A stretch of DNA of 64,000 nt from contig CAAGCB010000029.1 in NCBI GenBank assembly GCA_900768185.1, positions 74,575 to 138,574 on the forward strand, given 5' to 3'. Both the position numbers and the translations under genes were made by a program. The DNA comes from Alphaproteobacteria bacterium (GTDB lineage Bacteria > Pseudomonadota > Alphaproteobacteria > CAAGCB01 > CAG-977). The number at the start of each line of letters is the position of its first letter. Position 1 is the first letter of the stretch. The notes beneath the pieces were generated by a model. That model was not told where the DNA came from and did not search any database. It was given only the letters and a program-made list of their open reading frames with translations. Positions 57,094-64,000 of this stretch are shown here, piece after piece.

Positions 57094-57160
57094 CGTTTCT
57101 TTTCCTTTTTAATAACGATATGTTATTTTTTTAATAAAAAAAGTCAAGCGCGGCAAAACA

Positions 57161-57191
57161 AAAAGCCGGAAACGCGCGGTTTCCGGCTTTT
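57161..57191 (-). terminator. Rho-independent terminator for the OMP beta-barrel gene
   Basis: Perfect 13-bp stem AAAAGCCGGAAAC / GTTTCCGGCTTTT with loop GCGCG. Confidence 0.6.
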
Positions 57192-57207
57192 CGTTCAGGC
57201 GAAGCGA

Positions 57208-57756
57208 TTAAAACGCGAATCGGACGCCGCCGTAAAATTCGTTGGATTTGACGTCTTTTCCCAAATCTTGAAAACGGTAACCGACGTCAAGCGTCCAGTC
57301 GCGCGACAGTTCATAGCCGACGCCGACGCCGCCCGCCCACGAAAATTTATAGTGTGTTTTCGATGAAACGTCAGCCACTTTCATTTTCAGCCGCGACGCG
57401 CCGATGCCCAGATTGACAAACGGTTTCAGCGCCATATCGGTCGGAATGTCGTAATATCCGTTGACCATCAAACTCATCGTGTCGTTTTCGTGTTCACGCC
57501 CCGCGTGCCGTTTTTTGATTTTGTCGCGGTAAGTGTAATCCAGTTCGGCGCGCATCGCGTCCAGCTGCATGCCCATGGCGACGGATCCTTCCCAAGCATT
57601 CTTTTTAATGTGGTTTTTCAGCATCGCCACACCGGATCTGACGGCGATATAGGGGCGGTCGCCGCACGGTGTCTGCGCCGCGGCGTCGTTGACGCCCGTC
57701 GCGGCAAGGGCGACGGCGAAACCGATGGACCCCAACAAAGCTTTTTTGATAAACAT
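57208..57756 (-). CDS. Small outer-membrane beta-barrel protein (OmpA-like TM / OmpW-opacity family)
   Basis: Signal peptide ending AAAQ, alternating beta-strand pattern, and C-terminal aromatic GGVRFAF. Confidence 0.7.
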   Translation of the reverse strand: MFIKKALLGSIGFAVALAATGVNDAAAQTPCGDRPYIAVRSGVAMLKNHIKKNAWEGSVAMGMQLDAMRAELDYTYRDKIKKRHAGREHENDTMSLMVNGYYDIPTDMALKPFVNLGIGASRLKMKVADVSSKTHYKFSWAGGVGVGYELSRDWTLDVGYRFQDLGKDVKSNEFYGGVRFAF

Positions 57757-57847
57757 GTTATTCTCCTTTTCCGTTATGAATATTACAAAGAAGCAGTTTT
57801 AAAAAAGGCGCTTCATAACAGTATATGTTAGTGTTTTGACGCGTTTT

Positions 57848-57872
57848 GTCATTATGCCATTTAAGGCATAAT
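57848..57872. promoter_or_regulatory. Motif GTCATTATGCCAT containing palindrome ATTATGCC-N6-GGCATAAT; a second copy (GTCATAATGGCAT) lies at 58860..58872
   Basis: Read from the sequence. The two copies flank the XRE-led three-gene module. Confidence 0.3.
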
Positions 57873-58202
57873 ACTTTTGTTTCTGATTGCTTTACGTTCG
57901 GGTATGTTTTGTTCCGGCAGATATTTTTCCAGATCAAGATCGTGCTTGATAACCGACATTTTGCGGCAATCGATTTCTTTGTATGTGTAAAAGTCGTATT
58001 TGCGCTTCAATTCCGCCCAAACGGAATTGGGGTGCCTGCGCTGTTTCAAAGACGTGTCTTTGACATAGCGTTTCAGCAGGTATGTATCCGATATCGGGGA
58101 AATGCAACCTTCGGTTGCATAAAAAGCTCCGTCATAATTTTGACGGGAAGGCGGGATTAAAAAAAGAGTGACAAAGCGACGGTGGCGGCGACAAGTCCCC
58201 AA
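57861..58202 (-). CDS. Hypothetical 113-aa protein (TTG start), third gene of the XRE module
   Basis: Minus-strand frame with K/E/D-rich protein-like composition (YATEGCISPISDTYLLKRYVKDTSLKQRRHPNSVWAELKRKYDFYTYKEIDC). Only TTG is available as a start (AGAGG 2 nt upstream). AT-richer DNA. Confidence 0.3.
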   Translation of the reverse strand: MGTCRRHRRFVTLFLIPPSRQNYDGAFYATEGCISPISDTYLLKRYVKDTSLKQRRHPNSVWAELKRKYDFYTYKEIDCRKMSVIKHDLDLEKYLPEQNIPERKAIRNKSIMP

Positions 58203-58429
58203 CCTCTGCCCGATTTCGCGGTTTTGGCGCAGGAACGCGCTTTATCCGCGGAAATCACGTTATTGTTTCCCGTGACGTTGATTTGCACGGTTTTGCCGTC
58301 GGCGACGGATTCGGTCGTCCGCCCCTCATCGCCGTCCGACGGTTCGTTCAGCAAATTTCGCAACTGCGCCATTCGGGCGTCAAAAGTGTCCGACCGTAGT
58401 CGGTTTGGTCGATTATCTTGTATCATCAT
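58157..58429 (-). CDS. 90-aa protein with C-terminal TM anchor, translationally coupled to the XRE regulator
   Basis: Start MMIQDNRPN (ATG 58429..58427) overlaps the XRE stop as ATGA. AGAGG RBS. C-terminal WGLVAATVALSLFF. Confidence 0.4.
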   Translation of the reverse strand: MMIQDNRPNRLRSDTFDARMAQLRNLLNEPSDGDEGRTTESVADGKTVQINVTGNNNVISADKARSCAKTAKSGRGWGLVAATVALSLFF

Positions 58430-58827
58430 GCAACAGCCTCTATAACCCATTCGATTGCTTTTTGAGCGTTTTCCGCCGATTCCGTGACGATGATGTCGTA
58501 CACGACGGCGACGATGCGGGCGGTTTGTTCCGCCGAAAAAGTTTTGCGTTTGGTTTGTTCGTATTTTTTCAAAAACAGAACGGCGTTTTCCAACGCGGTT
58601 TTATCGATTTTCGGCAACTCCGCGGGGGAACTTTGTTCAAACCCGTACAGCCAGTCGGGCGTGACCCCGAATGTGCGGCAGATTTTGCAAAACATTGCCC
58701 CGTCGGGTTCGCGTTTGTCCTTTAGATACTGGTTCAGCCGACTTTGGCTGATGTTCAGTTGATCCGCCGCCCGTTGCTGAGTCAATCCCAGTTGCGCGAT
58801 TCGTTGTTGTAAGCGTTCACCAATCAT
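58426..58827 (-). CDS. XRE-family (Cro/C1-type HTH) transcriptional regulator
   Basis: MIGERLQQRIAQLGLTQQRAADQLNISQSRLNQYLKDKREP HTH_3. Trimmed to the ATG at 58827 with an AAGGA RBS. Confidence 0.7.
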   Translation of the reverse strand: MIGERLQQRIAQLGLTQQRAADQLNISQSRLNQYLKDKREPDGAMFCKICRTFGVTPDWLYGFEQSSPAELPKIDKTALENAVLFLKKYEQTKRKTFSAEQTARIVAVVYDIIVTESAENAQKAIEWVIEAVA

Positions 58828-58969
58828 AACGGTCCTTTTGTTGGAATTAACCCGCAACAGTCATAATGGCATATTTTATCACGGAAATGAATTAACTATT
58901 TGTTGTTGACATTATAAACATAACGTGATAAACAGGGCGTGTTGAAGCAATTTTAACTATGGAGGAAAA

Positions 58970-59413
58970 ATGGAAAAGCCTGTTGCAAAAATCAAAAGAA
59001 TCAGTGAAAAAACAACGTTGATCAAGATGTATGAAAAAGGAAAGCTGGGAAAAACGCCGACGGCGGAAAACCGTTTGCGGGCGGGTGTTCGTTTCGCGGC
59101 GGACTGGCGCGCGTCGTTGTTCAATCCTAAAATCACCCGAAATTATGACAGATTGTTTGTGCGGGGCGGAAAAAACGGGGCTGATGCGCCGGATTGGCGG
59201 TGTGACGCCGCCGATCGTTACCTGCGCGCGCTGAAACGGCTGGGGAGTTTCGGCGTCTATGCGCGGCATTTTCTGCGCGACGAGGGCAATATTCGCGAAT
59301 TTTTGCTGAAATATCCGGTTCTGAACGGAACGAAAGCTACCTATGCCGCCGTTTATCGGGCAATCAACGCGATGCTGGACGAACTGGACGATTTTTACCG
59401 TTCTGAAAAATAA
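58970..59413 (+). CDS. Hypothetical protein (147 aa), divergent from the XRE regulator
   Basis: GGAGG RBS. No recognised domain. The divergent promoter region contains TTGACA. Confidence 0.45.
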   Translation: MEKPVAKIKRISEKTTLIKMYEKGKLGKTPTAENRLRAGVRFAADWRASLFNPKITRNYDRLFVRGGKNGADAPDWRCDAADRYLRALKRLGSFGVYARHFLRDEGNIREFLLKYPVLNGTKATYAAVYRAINAMLDELDDFYRSEK

Positions 59414-59469
59414 AGGGTGGTCTTCGCCGTTTTTTGGTATATCCTTGGGAAAAACAACAGGCGGTCGAG

Positions 59470-59964
59470 ATGAAAGACTTTTTGAAACTGATTTTTTTCG
59501 GCGTGGTCAAAACGCCCAAGCTGGAAATGTTTAATCCCGCGAACGGCGAACGTAAAAGCGTATCGTCAAACTCGTTTGATTTGACTGTTTTGCTGGTCGG
59601 CGGATTTTTCGGTTTGCCGCTTTTTTTTAAACGGCTGTGGGGGTGGGCGTGGCTGATGTTCGCGCTGACGACGGTTCAGCTGCTTTCTTTTTATGAAAAG
59701 CTGAAACAGGTTTTGAACGCCGCGACGCCCGAAGATTATTACGCTTTTACCGAAAGTTCCCCCGCGGACGACGCGGCGGGGGCGGCTTTGCTGGTTCTGT
59801 CCGTTCTTTTGTCGTTCAAAGCCAATAAATGGGCGGTGGAGCGTTTGTTGAAAAAAGGCTGGCGTTTCGAACGTCCCGAAGACAAAGCCGTCGTTGCCGC
59901 CGTTAAAAAATGGCACATTTCGAAACACTGTCTGAAACGGTCCGAAACGGTCGAACGGTTGTGA
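59470..59964 (+). CDS. DUF2628-like two-TM membrane protein
   Basis: SFDLTVLLVGGFFGLPLFFKRLWGWAWLMFAL resembles the DUF2628 signature (NW.AFLFGP.W.LYRKMW). The ATG at 59470 is preferred over the track's TTG at 59434. Confidence 0.5.
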   Translation: MKDFLKLIFFGVVKTPKLEMFNPANGERKSVSSNSFDLTVLLVGGFFGLPLFFKRLWGWAWLMFALTTVQLLSFYEKLKQVLNAATPEDYYAFTESSPADDAAGAALLVLSVLLSFKANKWAVERLLKKGWRFERPEDKAVVAAVKKWHISKHCLKRSETVERL

Positions 59965-59974
59965 CAATCCGCTT

Positions 59975-61906
59975 CTATCCGTCTTTTCCCCGCCGCCAGA
60001 CGGTCAGTTCCGATTCGGGCGCGTTCAGGTGGCGTCTGTAAATGTGCAAATTTTCCAAAACGCGCTGGACATAGTTGCGCGTTTCCGCAAACGGTATGCT
60101 TTCGATCCAGTCGACGGGGTCGACGTCTTCGTGCGGGCGTCCGAACGCTTTGAGCCAGCGGTTCACATTCGTCGGTCCGGCGTTGTACGCGGCGATCGCC
60201 AAAATATACGATCCGCCGTAGCGTTTCAGCAAATCGCCGATATAGGCGCTGCCCAATTCCACATTGAAATCGGGATCGGCGTTCAGTTTTTGGACGGAAA
60301 AGCCTTTGCGTTTCTTTTTTGCCATCTGTTTGGCGGTCGCCGGCATGATCTGCATCAATCCGCGCGCGCCGGCGGGGGAAACCGCATGCGACGCGAAACT
60401 GCTTTCCTGACGGATAATCGACAGCACCAGAGCCGTTTCCGTGCGTTCGTCGTGGCGCAAATCTTTGACGGGATACCCCAGTGAAACGATGTCTATGCCG
60501 TTTTGGCGGGCGCGCCGCGCAATGGCGACCGCCAAATCTTCGCGCTTTAAATCCTCGTTGAGCAAATGCGCCAAAGCCGATACGGCGGCGGGCGTCGTCG
60601 CGTCCAGAAACAAACGGGTGGCGAACACGCCGACCAGATCGTGCATCTGCGCGTCTTGCAGGATTTTCATGACGGCATACAGCTCGCTTTGCCGGATTTT
60701 TTTCGACAGCGCGGCGTCGACGGGGTGTTCGGCGGGCAGGGCGGCGACGGTCGTTCCCAGCTTGATCGCCGCCAGTTGTCCGTAAATCGTCGTGATGTGA
60801 CGCGCCGCTTTTTGATAATTTTCGTCGGCTTTTGATTTTTTGCCGATCGCTTCGTAAGTCCTGCCCAGCCAGTATCCTGCGCGCGCGACGCTCATCGGCG
60901 ACGACACGGCGGCAAGCATTGTTTTGAAATGGCGCAGGGCGTCGTCGTTCTTTTTCAACCGGCGCAGGGCGATCCAGCCCGCCGTCCATTCGGCGTCGGC
61001 GAAATCCGCGCCTTTGGTCAGATTGTGGTTTTTGGCGATTTGATAGGCGGTTTTATAGTCCTTTTCGCTTAAAAACTGGCGAATCAGATTGGTTCGTTCC
61101 GTCCACCAAACGGAACGGTTTTGTTTGTCGGGATCGATATCGTGCAACAGTTTCGCCGCGGCGGAATATTTTTTGTTCACGCGCAGCCAGCGCAACAGGT
61201 CGAAAGACGCGTCCGCGTCCAGTTGCTGACTTTCGGGCAGATTTTTAAATTCTCTTTGCGCGTTTTTCCTGTTGGCGACGAAATCGGCGCGCACCTGCGC
61301 CAAGGCTCGGTCGCGGCTGTTCATTTTGGGAAACAGGGCGCGCGCTTTGGCGTGTTTGCGTTCGTTCAGCAGTTTTCGGGCGCGCAGATCGAAATCGCGT
61401 TCGTCCAGCAGAAAAAACAGCCGTTCGCGCACCAGATCGGCTTCTTCGTCGCTCAAATCGCTTTTGTTCCACAGGGAATGAAGCATCGGAACGGCTTTTT
61501 CCCATTCTTTACGCCGCATCAAAATGTCGGCGTAAGCCAGCACGGCGCGCGCCGAAACGGGCGGGTGGCGGCAAAACCATTTTTCCAGCGCCGCCTCGTC
61601 GCCCTTTTCCAGCAAAGCCTGTTCGGCGTTACGGCGAATCATGTAGACGCGCGGCCAGTTCGGGTTTTTCTTCATAAACCGTTGCGCGGCGTTGAAATCA
61701 ATCGTTTGGTTCGCATCTGTCAGCGAAAACCAGTCGATCAGTTTGATCAGCGTCGGGTCTTTTGTTTCCCTGGCTTTGGCAAACGCCGCCGGATAATCCC
61801 GCGCGGCGGCGGATTTGACGGCGTCAATGCGGGACTGCGACGTGGCTGCGAAACAGGCGGGCGCCGCGAAAAAGCACAAACAAAACAGCAAAACGCGGCG
61901 TTTCAC
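59975..61906 (-). CDS. slt: Soluble lytic murein transglycosylase (Slt70-like)
   Basis: Signal peptide, superhelical N-terminal domain, and lysozyme-like domain with ARGLMQIMPATA. Confidence 0.85.
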   Translation of the reverse strand: MKRRVLLFCLCFFAAPACFAATSQSRIDAVKSAAARDYPAAFAKARETKDPTLIKLIDWFSLTDANQTIDFNAAQRFMKKNPNWPRVYMIRRNAEQALLEKGDEAALEKWFCRHPPVSARAVLAYADILMRRKEWEKAVPMLHSLWNKSDLSDEEADLVRERLFFLLDERDFDLRARKLLNERKHAKARALFPKMNSRDRALAQVRADFVANRKNAQREFKNLPESQQLDADASFDLLRWLRVNKKYSAAAKLLHDIDPDKQNRSVWWTERTNLIRQFLSEKDYKTAYQIAKNHNLTKGADFADAEWTAGWIALRRLKKNDDALRHFKTMLAAVSSPMSVARAGYWLGRTYEAIGKKSKADENYQKAARHITTIYGQLAAIKLGTTVAALPAEHPVDAALSKKIRQSELYAVMKILQDAQMHDLVGVFATRLFLDATTPAAVSALAHLLNEDLKREDLAVAIARRARQNGIDIVSLGYPVKDLRHDERTETALVLSIIRQESSFASHAVSPAGARGLMQIMPATAKQMAKKKRKGFSVQKLNADPDFNVELGSAYIGDLLKRYGGSYILAIAAYNAGPTNVNRWLKAFGRPHEDVDPVDWIESIPFAETRNYVQRVLENLHIYRRHLNAPESELTVWRRGKDG

Positions 61907-62016
61907 TTTTTTCCTTTCGTCGAAATTATGATACCGCTTTTATTTTTGTGGCATTTATTTTAAGATACGGTTAATTTGATAAATTGTTTTTTTAACCCTT
62001 TTGACGCAGGAGGTCT

Positions 62017-62895
62017 TTGATGTTCACGGGGCTTTTCACCGCTTTGATTACGCCGTTTGAAAACGGGCGGATCGATTTGGACGCTTTCGCGCGCCTGATT
62101 GAATTTCAAATCAAGTCGGGGGTTGACGGGGTTGTCGTTTGCGGCACGACGGGCGAAAGCGCCGTCATGACGCCGCGCGAATATGAAACGGTGGTGGACG
62201 CGTGCGTCAAACAGGTCGCCGGACGCGTTCCCGTCATTGTCGGAACGGGCGGCAACAACACGGTCAAGGTTGTCGAAAACACTTTGTTCGCGCAAAAGGC
62301 GGGGGCGGATGCGGCTTTGATCGTTACGCCGTATTACAACAAACCGACGCAAGAGGGACTCTATTTGCATTTCAAAGCCGTTCACGATGCGACGGATCTG
62401 CCGATTATTCTGTACAACGTGCCGGGGCGCACGGGCGTGTGCCTGACGGTTGAAACCGTCGCCCGTCTGTCCGGTTTGCCGCGCGTCGTCGGAATCAAAG
62501 ACGCGACCCCCGATATCATGCGTCCGCTGAAAATCAGAAAACGGGTCGGCGGGGATTTCTCGATTCTGTCGGGCGAAGACGCCAGCATCGTCGCTTTTCT
62601 GGCGCATGGCGGCGACGGGTGCATTTCCGTGACGGCGAATGTCGCGCCCGCTTTGTGCGCGGGGATACATCGCGCGTGGGCGGCGGGCGATCGCGCCGAA
62701 CTGGAGCGTTTACGCGATTTGCTGGTCGACCTGCACGACGCGATGTTTGTCGAAACGAACCCGTGTCCCGTGAAATTCGCGGCGGCGCAACTGGGGTTCG
62801 GCGACGGGTCGGTGCGTCTGCCTCTGTGCGGGATTTCCGAAAAATCGAAGGAAACCGTTTTGGCGGCGATGCGTCAGACGGGATTGGCGGAGTAG
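62017..62895 (+). CDS. dapA: 4-hydroxy-tetrahydrodipicolinate synthase
   Basis: GVVVCGTTGES...; TIM-barrel DapA family. Confidence 0.9.
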   Translation: MMFTGLFTALITPFENGRIDLDAFARLIEFQIKSGVDGVVVCGTTGESAVMTPREYETVVDACVKQVAGRVPVIVGTGGNNTVKVVENTLFAQKAGADAALIVTPYYNKPTQEGLYLHFKAVHDATDLPIILYNVPGRTGVCLTVETVARLSGLPRVVGIKDATPDIMRPLKIRKRVGGDFSILSGEDASIVAFLAHGGDGCISVTANVAPALCAGIHRAWAAGDRAELERLRDLLVDLHDAMFVETNPCPVKFAAAQLGFGDGSVRLPLCGISEKSKETVLAAMRQTGLAE

Positions 62896-62898
62896 ATC

Positions 62899-63384
62899 AT
62901 GCCCGCGAAAAAAACATCGACATTGATCAGCACGGGGACGGTCGCCAAAAACAGAAAGGCGGGCTTTAACTACGCGATCGAGGAAACGATTGAAGCCGGC
63001 TTGATTCTGACGGGGGCGGAGGTCAAATCCCTGCGGCAGGGACGCGCCAGCATCAACGAAGCCTACGCCGCCGCGCAGGAAGGCGGCATCTACCTGTTGA
63101 ACGCAACGATTTTGGAATACGGATCGATCGGCTATGTGAAGCACACCGCCGCCCGCCCGCGTCAACTGCTGCTGCATAAAAAAGAGGTGAAGCGGCTGAC
63201 GGGCGCCATCGCGCGCAAAGGCTACACGCTGATTCCGCTGGAGCTGTATTTCAACGCGCGCGGCATCGCGAAAATCAAGCTGGGACTGGGTGTCGGAAAG
63301 AACAACGTCGACCGCCGCGAAGATATTAAAAAACGCGATTGGGATCGCGAAAAACGCCGTTTGCTGAAAGGCGGCGGATTTTAG
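62899..63384 (+). CDS. smpB: SsrA-binding protein SmpB
   Basis: KNRKAGFNYAIEETIEAGLILTGAEVKSLR. Confidence 0.9.
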   Translation: MPAKKTSTLISTGTVAKNRKAGFNYAIEETIEAGLILTGAEVKSLRQGRASINEAYAAAQEGGIYLLNATILEYGSIGYVKHTAARPRQLLLHKKEVKRLTGAIARKGYTLIPLELYFNARGIAKIKLGLGVGKNNVDRREDIKKRDWDREKRRLLKGGGF

Positions 63385-63446
63385 TTTTTGCTTTTTTATC
63401 GATTTTGTGCTTTCTTAAAACGGTTTTATGGAACAAGGATTGAAAC

Positions 63447-64000
63447 ATGCAGAATTTACAGGAAAAAATCAAAGATATCCTCCTGTTGACGGACGAAGAC
63501 ATTGAGCTCCTGTTGCGCGGCGATTTGAAAACGCTGATGGTGCAAAACAAAGAAGCCGCCGTCCGCGTCGGAATCGCCTACGGAACGGTTTTGGTGGTGG
63601 TGCTGGTGTTTTTGTTGCTGTTTTCCGTGATGGGCGCGTTCGGCAAGGTTCTGCTCAGTTTCATCATGTTCGGCGGATTGTTCGGCGCCGCGTTTCTGGC
63701 GGGCGAGAAAAACGTGCTGAAAGCGACGAAATATCCCGCTTTTTCCTATTTTTTCCTGTTTGTTTTCGCCGTGATGGCGTGGTCGATGTTTTCCGACGTT
63801 ATGTCGGGCGGCGGTTTCCTGTCCAATCTGCTGGCGGTTTTGATCGTCGGCGGACTGGGATTCGGCGCGTACACTCTGCGCGAAAAAGCGCGCGAACGCG
63901 GTATCGCGACAATTCAGCTGACGATGGTCGCGCTGTTACTGGGGGCGTTTTTGCTGTCGTTGCAGGTGGCGGGCGTTCAGGTCGGTCGGGATAATGAATT
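63447..64000 (+). CDS. Hypothetical multi-TM membrane protein, 5' portion only (runs off the window end)
   Basis: Manual translation from the ATG at 63447 stays open to position 64000 (MQNLQEKIKDILLLTDEDIELLLRGDLKTLMVQNKEAAVRVGIAYGTVLVVVLVFLLLF...). Not in the ORF track because there is no stop. Track ORF 63779..63994 is an alternate frame. Confidence 0.45.
   Translation, partial: MQNLQEKIKDILLLTDEDIELLLRGDLKTLMVQNKEAAVRVGIAYGTVLVVVLVFLLLFSVMGAFGKVLLSFIMFGGLFGAAFLAGEKNVLKATKYPAFSYFFLFVFAVMAWSMFSDVMSGGGFLSNLLAVLIVGGLGFGAYTLREKARERGIATIQLTMVALLLGAFLLSLQVAGVQVGRDNE

Noticed and set aside
63779-63994. Track ORF in an alternate frame near the window end
   Set aside because: The +1 frame from the ATG at 63447 is open to the window end and encodes a coherent multi-TM protein. 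The listed ORF is its Arg/Gly-rich shadow.
1-64000. CRISPR arrays, rRNA or tRNA genes, and tandem repeats
   Set aside because: No regularly spaced direct repeats or rRNA/tRNA signatures were seen on inspection. The absence is noted and not asserted with certainty.

Overview
This 64 kb window reads as alphaproteobacterial chromosome: it carries GcrA, an adjacent motA-motB pair, zinc-ribbon-less L33 and L36, and a lysine-rich TopA tail, and has about 58-60% GC by eye. It is mostly dense housekeeping genes on both strands: rex, rlmD, ugd, nnr, nudF, rpmG, ctp, rnr, topA, dprA, plsY, dusA, rluD, rpmJ, nhaP2, apbC, pepN, mutY, pepF, motAB, tldD, macAB-OMP with marR, thrC, rpiB-glyA-nrdR-nusB, slt, dapA and smpB. 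No rRNA or tRNA gene and no CRISPR array were recognised. The ORF track uses GTG and TTG starts, so several listed ORFs carry spurious N-terminal extensions, and many long antisense shadow ORFs occur in this GC-rich DNA. Starts were re-placed on ATG or RBS evidence where possible.

The most interesting content is a set of small accessory insertions.
1. A RelA/SpoT-fold small alarmone synthetase gene is translationally coupled through TGATG to a 64-aa ORF, with its own strong promoter and terminator. An array of about eight stem-loops and a truncated HUH (IS200/RAYT-like) transposase remnant lie immediately downstream. This looks like a toxSAS-type toxin-antitoxin or defence candidate.
2. A three-gene module sits in AT-richer DNA: an XRE regulator, a 90-aa C-terminally anchored membrane protein and a 113-aa protein, flanked by two copies of a 13-bp near-palindromic motif.
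3. An orphan phage TerS-like gene lies next to gcrA.
4. A 15-bp perfect palindrome centred on a GANTC site lies upstream of an operon that may include gcrA.
5. A methyltransferase-fold protein has Gln at the motif-I acidic position (RquA-like?), which together with Rex and a divergent Fe-S (hydrogenase-like) gene suggests an anaerobic lifestyle.

All functional calls rest on motif-level recognition only. No database search was possible.
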